In this document: positions 1-13,710 of the stretch, piece after piece
How the letters are laid out: each line of letters begins with the position of its first letter
Numbering within the stretch: position 1 is the first letter of the stretch
From: Camelus dromedarius
Taxonomy: Eukaryota
Reading direction: 5' to 3'
DNA length: 64,000 nucleotides
NCBI RefSeq assembly: GCF_036321535.1
Contig: NC_087437.1
Location: 95,668,001-95,732,000 of the forward strand
Translations under genes and position numbers: made by a program
Notes under the pieces: model-generated
Told to the model about the DNA's origin: nothing
What the model saw: only the letters and a program-made list of their open reading frames with translations
Databases searched by the model: none

Positions 1-9
1 GGGAAAAAT

Positions 10-480
10 TCAGATTGGCCTTGATTTAGTCAAGGTTCCATCTCTGAACATACCATTGTTTCCAAGATAATCCATGACTAAGCAGGCCTGAATCACATTC
101 AATTTTGGGAAAAGAGTTAAGAGGTGGGAAAAAACATGCCAGGCAGCCTCAGATCCACCAAAATGTGTAGGATATTCATAGAGAATCTTATTCATACAAT
201 AGTCAAAGTATTAAAGGTCCCTATGAAATCCTTGAGGTTAGGTGTGGGAGTGGTAGGAAATCAGGAGGAGGACAGGAAGACAAATAAATAATAGTGAGGG
301 AGAAGACTACTGGAGTTTCAGATTTTGTGTTAGAACAACACATTAGATGATGGTGGTCCATGGGATGGGTGATTGATGGAGAGGACAGGTGAGGCCACTG
401 AATTTAAGAAGTTGTGGAAATAGCAGGATGAGTTTAACAGATTGTATATACATGAAAATATAAATCTCTGAGAGAGAGTA
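10..480 (-). mobile_element. Ancient LINE-2 (L2) fragment
   Basis: Purine-rich degenerate sequence (e.g. gggtgattgatggagagg, ggtgtgggagtggtagg) of the kind seen in minus-strand L2 ORF2 relics. Recognised from memory, boundaries approximate. Confidence 0.4.
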
Positions 481-1774
481 AAAAAGATATACTAGACTGT
501 GAGCTGGCTGCAAAGTCTCCAACAAATGAAGAGGAGACAATGGAAGTTTGTTGAGTAGTAGCAGCAAAGTTGTATACAGAGGGCTTAAACCCCAAAGAAA
601 TGTTTTGTGTACTGTAAGTTGAAAAAGTAATTAGAAAAAAAAAAAAAAAAGACTTACATACAAGAGTCATTGAGGAAAAAAAGATGGAATGATAAAATAA
701 AGATCTACTTACTATCACATTAAAAATCACGTGAGAGACATAGAACCTGATTCTTCAAGTGGATTTGATATACATTTGATACTACATTTGGATATTTTTT
801 TTTTCCATTTTCTAGTATTGCTCTGAGAGGAAAACAGCCCTCTCTGCTACTAGTTCAAAGATTTCACAAAGAGGGTAAAGTAAATTTCTGAAATCAGATT
901 TTTAGATAATTCATTAACTGTTCAATTAATCTTCATTCAACAAATATTTATTGAACAGCTACTACGTGTAAGAAAGGTGTGTGCTTACTGCTGTGAAATT
1001 CTAACTTTTGCAATGGGAAAGTCAAGATTGATTTTATCGTAATTTTTGACATCCAAATTACTAAATGACCTTGGGCCTTTCTCAGATGTCAAATGCAAAA
1101 TACATTAAAAATGGCTTTTTTTTTCCCCAGGAATAGAGAATAATGGATAAACCCTAATAGAATTATAGTACTTATGGTACTTTAAAATATTTTTATGCAA
1201 AATTTCATATTAAACAATATTTTCATCATCGTTTATTTGTCATATACAATTTATAGTTTCAGGGAAATTATATAATTTTATGTGGTTTTTAATTTCTTGT
1301 TCTACCCCTAACTTCTTGTCTTATTCTCTTTTGACGAATGATCTGAATAGCTTTTATTAAAGATATATATTAACAAATTTGAAATTTAGCAGAATTTTTC
1401 TGACTTTATCTTTTATTAAAGAAAATTAAACTAGTATTCTAAGATATATTCTATTTTTGTGGACTAAGTAAAATATAAACTGCTAGTATAGTTTCATCTC
1501 TTGGAATACTTATTGAATACTAATTGAAATTGAGAATTAATAGAATTGCCACTCATTAAATAATATCTTTAGCAAAGAAATTAACATATGCAGCAATTTC
1601 TTTATTATTTTTGGCTATTCTGTTTCCCAGCAGGTGTATTCACAGCCAACAGCACTATGAATCAAGAGACTTATAAACACAGAAGTTTAGGAAATAGGTA
1701 CTTGTTTTCTCATTGTTTGTACTTAAGGAATTTGTAAATTTAATACAGCATGCATACTTATGGAGAAATTTCCA

Positions 1775-2275
1775 TCATAAATATTTGAGTGTCTATCATA
1801 TTCCAAGCACTATTTTAGGCCCTGCAGATATGAAAGTAAATGAGAAAAGTACACTGTTTTCATAAAACTTCCATTTTAGTTGATGGAGGAAAAACAATAA
1901 ACATATAGATAAATAACTGAGTACTACGAGGAAGATGAAAGAGTGTAATATAACAAAGCATGGTTGAGGATGCTGTTGGGGAAGGCATTTCTGAGAAGGT
2001 GACATTTGAGTTCAGAACTTAATGTTGACCTTGAGTGAGCAATGTGAAGCTCTGGAGAGAAAACACTATATGCAGAAAAGCAAGGTCCTTGAGGTAGGAG
2101 TAAATTCAGTGACTCTGAAGGACAATAAATAAATAAATAAATAAAGCCTAGTGTGTCTTGTCCAGGAAAAATGTGGGAGAATGGAAAGATTTGTAATCAG
2201 AGGGAGAGAAAGGGCAAGATAATGTAGGACTTTCTAGGCCTTGTAGGAAGTTTTGATTTTATTATAAGTAAAACG
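1775..2275 (-). mobile_element. L2 3' end fragment
   Basis: cataaatatttgagtgtctatcatattccaagcactattttagg ... ttctgagaaggtgacatttgag ... gtaggactttctaggccttgtagg matches the typical reverse-complement L2 3' end. Confidence 0.75.
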
Positions 2276-2365
2276 TGAAGCTTCCTATAAATCTGTCTCA
2301 TGTCAGTTTCTTAGACCAGCCAGGCAAACCGAGAAGCATAGAGGAAAATTTCTTCCTTCCCCAAC
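2276..2365 (+). mobile_element. 3' terminal fragment of MER34-like ERV1 LTR
   Basis: aatctgtctcatgtcagtttcttagaccagcc...agaggaaaatttcttccttccccaaca resembles the 3' ends of the complete LTRs at 33100-33176, 36770-36837 and 38080-38167. Confidence 0.65.
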
Positions 2366-2702
2366 ACAAGTATCATACCTGCCTTCATTTCACTGGCAAA
2401 GCACATCACATGTCCAAATATAACTGTGTAGGGTCAGGATATTCTTCTCCCACAGGGTGGAAGGGATTGAATATTTGAAGTCTATTGTGATCTGCCTTCT
2501 CAGTCATAAGTATTTATTTTTCTTCCTTCTACTCTCAAAGCACACCCAAATCTTCCCCAAGGAATTCCCAAAAGGTTCATCCTATCATCATATCAACTCT
2601 AGTTCTGGGATCTCATGGCATCCTCTATATCAGATATCACGCTCTAGAATCCCATGACCCAAAAAGATGATTCATTTACCTCCACCCATTCCAACACCTT
2701 AT

Positions 2703-3236
2703 TGGGAAGGAATACATTTTCCTTTACCCTTCTAAGTTCTTCTTGCTGCTCTAAGAATTAAATTAACATGAAACTGATCAACAGGAGAATATCAAACGAA
2801 GTTTAATAACATGTATATGTGGGAGAGACCCAGGAAAACTGAGCAACTCACCCAAATGGCCAAAACCCTCACCTTAAATACCATTTTTAACTAAAGAAAA
2901 AAAGAGGATGTTGAGGGTGAGGAGAATCAGTTATGGGAGATTACCAGGAAAAGCACAGTAAACAATGATGTTTGTGATGTGGATGTTAGTCAGTGCCTAC
3001 TCCACTGATAAGTGTTTTTTAGAGATTTGGTCATCCTCCTTTTCCAGGTACAGACAGGGAGACACCCTTATAAATGAAGATTTCTCTCACAAATGTAAAT
3101 ATTTCTTAGGAAAGGGCATCTCCTACTTGGTTTTTAGAACCTTTCTGATGTCCACTGTTTCTCAGAAAATAACCAACTTAAAACAATGAGTATGCCAAAG
3201 AGACATATTTAGGGTTGAAAATTCTGTTCCCTTACA
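2703..3236 (-). mobile_element. MER34-like ERV1 solo LTR
   Basis: TG...CA ends; the right end tatgccaaagagacatatttagggttg...cccttaca is the reverse complement of the family 5' motif. Strongly similar to 46426-46804. Confidence 0.8.
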
Positions 3237-3569
3237 ACTCATATCCAGCAGTGGAACGAAGAATGGTAACTTCATCAAATACACCCTTCATTTGAGACAA
3301 GAAATGACGATGCACAGCAGTCACTGATACATGGCTATTTTAAAAAATCCCTCTGGGAAAACTTATTTGAACCCTTATCTTGGTTGTATGCAATATATCT
3401 TGAGCAGGTTCTGGTTTTCTTATCTGGGAGTTGACTCCTAGTCAGTTGACCTCCGTTTGCTTGGATCCACCCTACAGAAGTTTCTAATACTATTTTTCAT
3501 GGCTACATCGTAAGAGGTAACAGTATAATATGATTTCTTTTCTGTTTGAGCAGTTGTCTAGGATACTTC

Positions 3570-4175
3570 CATTAGGGGAGAATAGATTCTTGCCTTGTGC
3601 AGCAAAGAATTCAAGAGCAAGGCATAGTAAAGTGAAAGTAAGTTTATTTAGAGGGATACACTCCCTCCATAGACAGAGTGCAGTCTGCCTCGCTCAGAAG
3701 GGGAAACAGCCTAGGAGATACATACTCCATAGGCAGAACGTGGGCCATCTCAGAAAGGTGAGAGGGAAAGAAGCCAAGAGGTGTAGGGTATTTAGTTTAA
3801 AATAAAAGTAGATACGCACTCCATAGACAGATGTGGGCCATCTCAGAAGGCAAGAGAGAGAGCAACAGAGCGAGAGTGACCACGAGGTGCAGGAGTTATT
3901 TGGTGTTATGGGCTTGATAATTTCATATGCTAATGAGTAGGGTGATTATTCTAACTACTTTGGGGAAGGGGTGAGGATTTCCAGGAAACTCCCCCCATCC
4001 ACTTTTTGACCTTTTATGGTTAGCCTGGGAACTGTTATGGCACCTGTAGGTGTGCCATGAGGCTCAAGGCCTACTGGAAGTGAAATCTTCTGCCATCTTG
4101 GTTCTAACCAGTTTGTCCTGTCCTCAATGGCTGTGTTATTCCTTCAGTGGTTGTGCTCTGCCCACTTTCCTCTCA
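3570..4175 (-). mobile_element. ERV1-type solo LTR with internal triplicated motif
   Basis: Reverse-complement polyA signal (gtttattt at about 3642) and a CA terminus at 4174-4175. The motif gatac..ctccatag.cag...gtgggccatctcagaa recurs three times. Left boundary approximate. Confidence 0.65.
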
Positions 4176-5399
4176 CTTTACTTCCTGCCAGAGGAAATTT
4201 GGAAACCAAAGGTTATTTTACATTTCAAGCAGTCAACAGTCTTTCTTTGTTGTGTTTCATTTTATTTGTTTGATTCCAGTCAGTTTCATGTGCCAATGGC
4301 CAATCCACAGCCTCTTTGGGACAGTCCTTTCTCTAAAGGTAATTATAGGTATTTTGAACCTTTCCTGCTTATGTGGGACACATACTTTTTTCTCTTTTTG
4401 TTCAGCCACTCAGTCTAACTGGAAGGATTTCCTAGGGGCCACCTTAATCCAATCAGAGGCTTTAGCAAAGGCTTTGAAGATTTCACACTTGATTTGGTCT
4501 TTGCCCAAAGACTGAATATAAACCAGCCTTTACTGCTCAAAAGATGATGCATCTTTCAACAAGTCCTGAAATAACCTAAATTCTCTTTACTCCCTTTCAC
4601 TGCTTCTTGAAAAATGATGGATCCGAGAAACCCTCTTTCTCCTCATGCTTTATCAAATGCCACCAATGGCAACCAAGGAATATTAGCAATATTGAGTTTT
4701 GCAAACCCCTTGCCTAAAGCCACAGATATATTACACATATGATTTGCAATCCAAGTTGTTTTGCCAATACCTATTATGAGTTACTATTTTTCTAGACTGC
4801 AATAACAATTTTCTCCACACAGACACCTGACCGCAAAGCCAAAGCCACATAGTTTAGTTTTGTTATATAGTCTCCTACTATTAAGTATCAATTTTTGTAT
4901 TAGTCAATTTTCCTGAAATAACAAACAGTCCTCAAATCTCTACGGCTTACAATGAAAACATTTGTGTTTATTCATATTAATTATATGCTGACTACTGTAC
5001 TTTAGTTGTTGCTTATCTCTGATCAGCTCTGCTCCAGGATGTAGGCTGGAGTCCCTTTATAAGGGACATGCCAGTTCTTATGTCTGAAGGAAAATCAAGA
5101 GAGCTTGTGGTAACTTCAATAGCTCTTCATGCTTCTGCTGGAAAGTAGCTTAGTCATTTCTGTGTATGTTCATTGGCCTAAGCGCATCAAGTGACCTAAC
5201 CCCAGTTCAATAGGGTAAGGAGATATTCTCTCACAGAAAAGAGGTGAGCCAACTTTTGCAAGTAATATACAATCTGATGCACAAACTAAGTTTGACCTGC
5301 TCTGTTTAATATTACTTAGAATTAATCTCATTACGAACAGAGTTGCTCTTTAGAGAGCGTTCAGTGTCACACACAGCTGAGGCAAATTAAAATAACAAG

Positions 5400-6140
5400 A
5401 GCTGGCATTTATTATGTTTTCTAAATTTCAGGACTATTCAAAGAAATGTATAAATATTACTTCACTGATGAGTTAGTTACATCACACCTATTGTATAGAA
5501 AAGGAAACAAGCTCAGAGTGTTACCCGGCAAGGACTCACTAACTGATGGTCATAGAAACCAATACTATAGCACTGTCTTTGAGAAAAGAAAAAACTTTAT
5601 TTTGAGATCGAACGCCAAGGAGACAAGAGGCAGTGCTCAAATCTGTCTCCGTGGTCTGGAATTCGATCGAACTTTTATGAGTTAGGGGAGGAAGTTTGGT
5701 ATGCTGAGACACTGGTGGGGCAGGTTCCCATTGGAGGTCTTTGGAACTTGGCAATTTATGGTCAGGTAGGGTAAAGGGCTTCAGCACTCCATCTTTTGGA
5801 CAATGGACCTTTTGTTTCTGAGAGGGTTCCAATGTTCAAGTTCTGGTTGTGTTCCAGTCCTTTGGTTCTGTTGGGCTAGGGAATAAACTTTGATTCCAGG
5901 TGAAGTCAGAATTTTCTCCTGTATGCATGCTTCAACTGCATGACTTGTGGTTTTGTTCTGTTGTCTCTGAAAAACAACTCAGTATCTTGTTAGAAACAAG
6001 ACAGGGCCAGTTTGGCTGATTCTGCAGTTACAAAGGTGGTTTAATCATTTATCCTCTGTGGTACAGCCGGATAGAAGGAGACTTAGGATCTAAACGTAGA
6101 TGTGTTTGACAACAGAAATTATGCTTTTTAACCACTGTGT
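5400..6140 (-). mobile_element. MIR SINE split by an LTR insertion
   Basis: aaaggaaacaagctcagag| ... |aaggtggtttaatcatttatcctctgtggtacagc joins into the MIR core when 5519-6032 is removed. Confidence 0.55.
5519..6032 (-). mobile_element. ERV1 (MER4/MER41-group-like) solo LTR
   Basis: tgttacc...gttaca termini, ctttatt (reverse polyA signal) at about 5596, and a ctcaaatctgtctcc motif. Confidence 0.7.
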
Positions 6141-8009
6141 AACCATGCCTGTCAAAGTCACTCATCCAGAATGGGTTCCAGTTGGGAAACCACTGTAGAA
6201 ATAACTGTGACATGGGTAATGTTGATAAAACAAGCTGTAACAACTAATATTACAATCCTTTGATGTGTCTACAAATTATGAAATAAAGAAGAATGAATGT
6301 GTGGAATGTTTTGGTCTAGAACTCCGACTAGTTGGAGAATTACAGATGTATGGTAAGTAGCCATACTTGTCAGTCCAACCCATCTGCAGTTATCAGTATT
6401 GTATTAGAACCAAGAAAGAAAGAAAAGAAAGACATTGAATCACTTAACTGCAAAATTATTCAATAAAATTGCCAATTTAGTATTTCCTTTTGGTCACTTA
6501 CTGCCTGAAGCATTTGTTTCTACACTTATTGTTCATATTTCTTGATAGAAAGAAATTGTTTAATTAATCAAGTAGCTGCTTAAAAAGACAGTGTAATCTA
6601 CTTTGATTTTTTTATTCCTGGAGAAAATCTTGGATAAACGGCATTTTCACCGCTCCCAATTTCTATTTGTATATTTCAGTCTATTCTAAGTGAAAGCAAG
6701 CACTTAAATGCACTATCAAATTGAAGATAGACCCTCAGGGAAAGTGGGCTCATTTACATGCAGCTTATAGTGCTTTTTGTAAGAACATGTTTGACTTTGC
6801 ACTTTTCCTTGGTAGCAAATGGGAACAGAGTAAGTGTAGTGTGCAGAATTCAGTTGACAGCTTAAAAACCTTAATAGCATTTGTGTTCTTTTTATGCTAT
6901 ATATTCCTCACAATGCAAATTTTATAGGAGAGTAAAATCTCTGGTATTTGCATGATTTCAGATTTAAAAAGAAGTTCATGTGATATACCCAAAATATAGC
7001 AAAGATATTTGAATAAAGAGCCCACTTATTTAGTTCTTATTCAGTTAAATTTAAGTAGAAATTAATTATTTGGAAATGTGTATGCTAAAGGTAGAAATCA
7101 CAGATTTTCTAAATAAAGGCTCACTGACCTATTGGATGGAAAATTACTTAAGGATCCTATAAGAAAATAAAAATTAAAGACGTTTTCTTTGTTAAAAGAC
7201 ACTAACATGAAATCATATATGCCATTACATGTAAAGGTATCTTCATTATCTTAATTGAAACCAGACATCACTATACAGCAGGCATTTTGACCTGCCTATG
7301 AATGCACTGAAATCAGTGGAAGTATCCTTGGAGTACCTGGAAAGCCATCACTGGGTGTTGAAACCGAATTCAGTGCCCTTGTCAGTCTCTCAGTTTGCCA
7401 GAATCTATTTGGACAATGACCTTTGAATTCTTTTACGTGAAAGTTTACTGCAGTCACATAAATATGTAATTTTGAGGACAGATGACTGATAGCTTTGGGA
7501 TGGATGATCACTAGTAGTCACAAAAGCAACTTTGTTTTTGGCAACACTTTAGTTCCTTTCTGAATTGGAAATGCGAAAGGAATGATCTCAGTGGCTTGTT
7601 TATAACTAATAAAATAGTCTTCACTTTTGGACAGCCCCTAGCAACTTTCATCAATTCTAATTTCTCTTTCATCAACTCCCTTTTACTATCAAAAGTTGCC
7701 GGTAGCACACCCAAACTTGAACACTTCATTGTGTAGATTTGCATAGATTGTTTTCTCAAAAGCACCACAGCATTCTCCATCTAAGTTATTTCAATCTTGT
7801 CAGCACAGTCAGATCCTGGCTCTCTTTCACTGGGTGAATTCACAATGATTCTACTGTTATTATACTTGACCTCAATAGAAGTGAGTGACATAAGGAAGTA
7901 TTTTGAACTATCTTAAGTAGTTTCCATAATATGTCCCAGAGTTGGCAACTTTTAGTTATGAAAGAAAAATGACTTTTTTATAATTATGGCATTAAACCTT
8001 TTTTAAAAA

Positions 8010-9880
8010 AACTTTTTTGAGATTGTTGTAAATTCATATACAGTTCAAAGAAATAATAGAGAGATTCTGTGTAACTTTTACCCAGTTTCCCTAATGATAC
8101 ATCTTGCAAAATTATAGTACAATACCACAACAAAAATATTAACACTGTTAAAAATCTACCAGTCTTTTTTGGATTTTCCCTAACTTACTTATATTCATTT
8201 GTGTTTGCATATGTGTATTTTGTTCTGTGTAATGTTATCACATGTGTATGTCTGTGTATTCATCACTGCAGTCAAGACATAGAACAGTTCCATCACAACA
8301 GGATCCCCTCTGTTACTCTTTTAAAATCACGCATCCCTCCACATCCACCCTCACCCTCATTCTTAGTCCTTGGCAATCACTAATCTGTTCCCCAATTTTA
8401 TAATTTTGGCATTTCAAAACTATAACATAAATGAAATCATAGAGTATGTAAACTTTTGGGATTGGCTTTCTTTTTTTTGGGCACCTTTTTAAAAAAATAG
8501 CTTAATGTTTTTTTAAATTTATTATTGTATTATTTAATTATTTTATTTTGGTGGGGGGAGGTAACTAGGTTTATTTATTTTTAGAGGAGGTACTGGAGAT
8601 TCAACCCAGGACCTCATGCATGCTAAGCAAGTGCACTACCACTTGAGCTATACTCTCCCCTCTGGCTTCTTTTCATTCAGCACAATTCCCTGGGGTTATG
8701 TCCATGTTGATGCATGTGCCAGTAGTTAGTTCCTTTTTATTGCTGAGTAGTATTCCATGGAATAGATAAACCGTTTCTTTAACCATTTACCTATTGAAGG
8801 AAATACATAATCTTTCCAGTTTGGGGCTATTACAGATAGTACAATTTTTTGTGTTGACATAAATTTCCATTTCTCTGGGATAAATGCCCAAGAGTGCAGT
8901 TGGTGGGTCATATGGTAATTGCATATTTAGTTTTATAAGAAACTGACACTGTTTTCTAGGTGACTCTACTATTTTACATTCCCACCAGGATTGTATGATA
9001 TAGTTTGCATCTTCATAAGCACTTTGTGTCACTGTTTTTCATGTTAGCCTTCTGAGAAGTGTCTAGTAGCATTTCATTGTGGATTTAATTTGCATTTCTC
9101 TAATAGTTAATGATTTTGAATCTTTTTTTCATGTGCTTATTTGCTATCTGCATATCCTGTCTGGTGAAGTGTATGTTCATGTTTTTTTTCTTTTGTCCAG
9201 TGTCTACTTGAATTCCTTTTTTAGTCACTCCTGAATTTTGTGTTCTTTGTATATTAACCCCTTGTTGAACATGTGGCTTGCAAATATTATCTCTCAGTCT
9301 GTAGCTTGTTTTTTCATTTTTTTAGGAGTAAAATTATTTAGTTTTAATAAAAATCTGATTTGTCAATATTTCTTATTATTATGCTTTGGTTTCAAGTCTC
9401 AAAACATTTAAACATTTTGCCTAGCCCTAGATCCTGAACATTTTCTTTCTTTTCCTAGAAGTTTTATATTTTACATGTTACATTTAAGTCTATCATTGAT
9501 ACTGGATTAGTTTTTGTATAAGGTATAAAATTAGGGTTAATAATCTTTGCATATAAAGAAGTCCAGTTATTCCAGCACAATTTGTTAAAAATTGGTCTTT
9601 CATCCAGAGTCATTTTTTGCACATTTGTCAATAATCAGTTGGTCATATTGGTGCAAGTTTATGGTTTCTCTATGTTGTTCCCCTAATCTGTGTGTCTGTC
9701 TCTATGCCAGTGTCACACCGTTGATACTGTGGCTTTAGATTAGGTAGAATGATTTCTCTCATTTTATTCTTCTTTTTCAAGACTATTTTTGTTCTTCTAG
9801 GACATGTGCCTTTTCCATGTAAATTTTAGAGTAAACATGTCTATGTCTACAAAAACTTTCACAATAACATAATTAAATTA
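8010..9880 (-). mobile_element. LINE-1 (L1MC-like) 3' UTR plus ORF2 C-terminal relic
   Basis: Typical L1 3' sequences (tgctgagtagtattccatgg, ttgcatttctctaat). ORF-track pieces (QLPYDPPTALLGIYPREM, YSMEYYSAIKRN) match the L1 ORF2 C-terminus. Confidence 0.9.
8470..8660 (-). mobile_element. tRNA(Ala)-derived SINE (camelid Vic-1-like)
   Basis: The reverse complement reads GGGGAGAGTATAGCTCAAGTGGTAGTGCACTTGCTTAGCATGCATGAGGTCCTGGGTTGAATCTCCAG (A and B boxes) followed by an A-rich tail. Flanking tggctt duplication; inserted in L1. Confidence 0.9.
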
Positions 9881-10599
9881 TATAACAGTCTGTTTTAGGG
9901 ATATAGAATGATAAGATAAATGAAAATTATTTGGAGAGAAACTGAAAAGAGAAAAAATAGGAAAAGAATAGTGGAGAGAAAGTTATTTTGTTTATAAATT
10001 GTTGATGACAAAAGCCTTTTTGTAACTAGATAATGTGACTCAGTGCAAGAGATATAACAGGTCTTTCTGGGAGGGTCATTTTGACTGTCACTATTATAAT
10101 CCAGCTATTTCATTCTTTATTGACATCTGCTTTAATTGTCTCAAGAGTCACCCTTCTGGAAACAGTCATAGAGATTCCTCATCTATCTCCGATTTATAAG
10201 CTTGGAACTTGAACACTTCTTAAAAACATTTTTGTTTCTTTGTTACATTGTGTGTGTGTGTGTGTGTTTCAAGAAATAAGACAAAGGTCATGTTGCTAAC
10301 ACCACTAAACTCTAACCATCCTAAATTAAATGCATGCTGTGCTTCATAGGGATGACATCTGAACCATCAAGACTTTGCACAAAATAAGCTCTGAATTGTC
10401 ACATGACTCGCCTAGAAAATCCCTAGTTTTTATCAAGTTTACTGTCTACATGTTCCATATCTACACCACACACCTAAATGTGGCTGGCACAAACAAAATA
10501 AAAACAAAAACAAAAGCAAATCCCAATCAAACCAACAAACACAACTATATTAAATGGTCTCACTATAAATCATTAGCACTAATCTCAAGTGGGCCCATA

Positions 10600-11975
10600 G
10601 AAATTTAAAACATTTTCCTTTATCCATTTACTCTTCTAGACACCTATTTTATATTTTCTCCTTTCTTCTCCAGCTTTCAGCAACCTCCAGCCCTCACCAA
10701 TCCATTCTCAGTTTAGCTAATGACTTTGCATTCTCTTTCACTGTGAAAATGCAATTAATCATAAGCTTCCCCACCACATTTGCAAACATATCTATGTTTG
10801 AATCCATATGCTTTGGTCTTCTTTCCTCATAACGTGGTTGAATTGTATATGCTTCTAGCTAAGACCAACCTTTCCACTTGTTCAATAGAGCCTATCTCGT
10901 CTTGTCTGCTCAAGGATATGGCCCTAGCAATTGCTCCATTTCTTATGGATTAATTAGTTTTATTTAACTATAAAATAATTTCTATCAATATAGAAATATT
11001 CTGTAATTTACCTCATTATAAGAAAAGGTCTCTTTGACCCATATTTCTCTCCAATCACTGCTCTATTTCTCTCTTTTCAGTAAGTTTTTGAAAAATTTGT
11101 CTTCATTTAATTTATTTTGTCTCCAATTTCCTTTTTATTATATTCTGATATGGCTTTCTACCTAAGCAATCTAATGAAGCAGCTCTTATGAAAGTCATCA
11201 ATTATTTTCACATTGCTAAATACAATGATTTGTTCCTGATCCCCACTTTTACTTGGCTTCTCTGCAATATTAGCTCTAGTTGATCACTTCCTCTTCCCTA
11301 CATGGTTCCAAAATTGATTTCTTTTTCCCACTTCTCTGGTTACTTGGTCTTTTATGTACCTGTATTTACTCCCCAGATGGTGTTGTCCAGACTTTAAATA
11401 TCATTTATATACTGATGACTCATAAATTTGCATCTCAGCCTGGACCTCTAACTAAATTTCCATATCCAGATGCTCATTCAACATTTTTTTCTTGCATGAC
11501 ACTCAGCATCTCAAATATAATATTTCTGAAACTCAGTTCTATTCCTCTTAAATCTCCTTTTTCCCTGCCATCCACATCTCAAGTTAATGGTGGCTAAAGG
11601 CTTTGTGGCTTTTTCTTCAAGTCAAAAATCTTGACTTCATCTTTAAATAAGTTCTTTATCTCTCTCTGATGCCCCACACTCAAAATAGGAGGGATACCCT
11701 ATTGTTCCTATCATCAAAATATTTTCTAAAATTCCACTTTCACCAATCTGGTCCTGCCACCATCACCTCTTTTTGGGTTATTACAATAGACCCTGATTAA
11801 TCTCTCTCTCTCTCTTTTTTTTTTTTTTTTTTTTTTTTTTGATTATCTCCAATCTATTTTGGACACAAAATCTAGATTATTTTATAATAAAATATCAGTT
11901 TATTCCATGAGGACTGATTTGTGGTCTGCTTTGTTTGTTGTATATCCCCAATACCAACCATAGTGTTTGGGACTA
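10600..11975 (+). mobile_element. L2a-like LINE fragment
   Basis: Pyrimidine-rich L2 motifs (tgatcacttcctcttcc, atactgatgactc, catctcaaatataa, ctgctttgtttgttgtatatcccca). Confidence 0.75.
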
Positions 11976-13710
11976 AAGGAATGCATACTCTTAGGTGGAA
12001 CTTTATTTGTCAGAATTCTTGAAGTTTGCATTGAGGGCATGTTCCTTCAAAGAGGAGTTTTGTCTTTATTTCTGCTAAGTGTCTTTGGACTATTAACAGA
12101 CTGGGACTTTTTTTTTTTTTTGGTTACTCTCTTAGAGGAAATCTCTTGACTAAGTAGATAACATAAATTCTAATACTGAACCCTTGTATGATATAGGTCT
12201 TTGATTATGGCATCCCAGTTGAGACTTTTTACCTTTATGAACTCAGGTCGAGAGTGACCCAGTTTCCTTCTCATTTTCCTCCCATGCTAGCTTGCTTTCT
12301 TTTGTTTGTTCCTTATTCCTTTCTTTCTTCTTTCCTTTTCACTGATTGTATCTTTTTACTGAAAATGAGCACTTGGAGGAGTTGAGAGGTAGTCTTAAAT
12401 TTTTGTAGGGAATCTTGATTCCAACTTCCCACTTTGTGGAAATCCAAGATTATCTGGATGAACAGACCATCAAGTCTACCCACCAGATTTAATGCTGTGA
12501 TTTTCAACATTTTTTTCCTGTTTATAATCCTAGGATATTTCCTTCATTTTTTATGAGCTCTTTAATTTATGAGCTCTATTAATTTGAAGTGATAATTATA
12601 ACATTCGACTTTGAATTTCTACGTGTTTATATGCATCTTGCTTGCAATGTTTCTGGGACTTCTCCCTCAACTTCTCTTAATTCTTATTAAATAACACTGG
12701 TAGTAGTAGATCTAAAAATATTTTGTAATTAACCATCTGCTGTTACTGCATGGGTTAAATTTTTTTAAAAAGTTGAAGAGGTATTTCATTAGAATTTGAA
12801 TAGAGTAACTAAACTGAATGTACTTTTAAGTCTAATCATGTAGACATTAGATTTCAGCCTTTCAAAAGTTTAGGTCTGTTTAGGAAAAATAATGATGGGG
12901 ATGTTAATCTAAGGGAGAAAGTTAATAACAAGAATAATTCAAACAGAAACATTTACTTCAGGGCTGAAAATTGAGTTACTGGCTGAGCATGAACCACACA
13001 TTAATTTGAGAAATTCACCTCAAATTCTTAATAAAATTTGATGATTCCTAGAGGTGGTACAGTAAGTACTTGTTCACTATTACAAACTATGGGTTGTTTA
13101 AAAATGGTACTATCTTGCAGCTAAGTAATATTTATTTCACAATTTTTCAGATGAATAACAACTGAAGAGTGATCTCTGCTTATAGAAAATTCTGTATATC
13201 TTATGTGATAAAACTAACTTACAAAGTGTGTCAAAATAAAGTTTATGTACTATATATACATATGTGTATATACATATTATAAAATTGGTCTTGCATAAAT
13301 GAACGTTGGAATGGATACAAATTAATAGAATAAAAAATTGGTATATCTCTCTGGGATATAAATGAGTTAAGGACAGATCTCTAAAAATCGTTCCTAATCC
13401 AACATATCTTTAAACTTATGTGGGTAGACTATGACATATAGGGTATTGAGAAAATAGAATCACATTTCAGAGAGAGACACGTTATAATTTAGAACTTTAG
13501 GAGATACAACTGAATGATGCAGCACTTGAAGAGTCCAGTGCTATTTTTGCTTAACTTAATAAAAAGACCTATTGTAGTAGAACTTTTAAGCAACTTGTAG
13601 ATACGAAGGAGGGGAAATAAGTATAACTGCAATTATAATGAGTATTCCAGATGATGAAAATACAGACCCAGATTCAACTATATTATCATATTCATATTTA
13701 TATAGAATAC

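Larger units (their letters stand above)
2366..5280 (-). mobile_element. MaLR (MLT1-type) LTR-internal-LTR relic interrupted by two ERV1 LTRs
   Basis: The internal/LTR junction gcaaagccaaagccacat...aagtatcaatttt|tgtattagtc at about 4830-4905 is followed by an MLT1J/K-like LTR (aacaaacagtcctcaaatctc...cattggcctaag). A partial matching LTR lies at 2366-2450 (cttcatttcactggcaaagcacatcacatg). Confidence 0.65.

Noticed and set aside
3650..3855. CRISPR-like repeat-spacer array
   Set aside because: Only three degenerate units with irregular spacing inside an LTR, in mammalian DNA with no cas genes.
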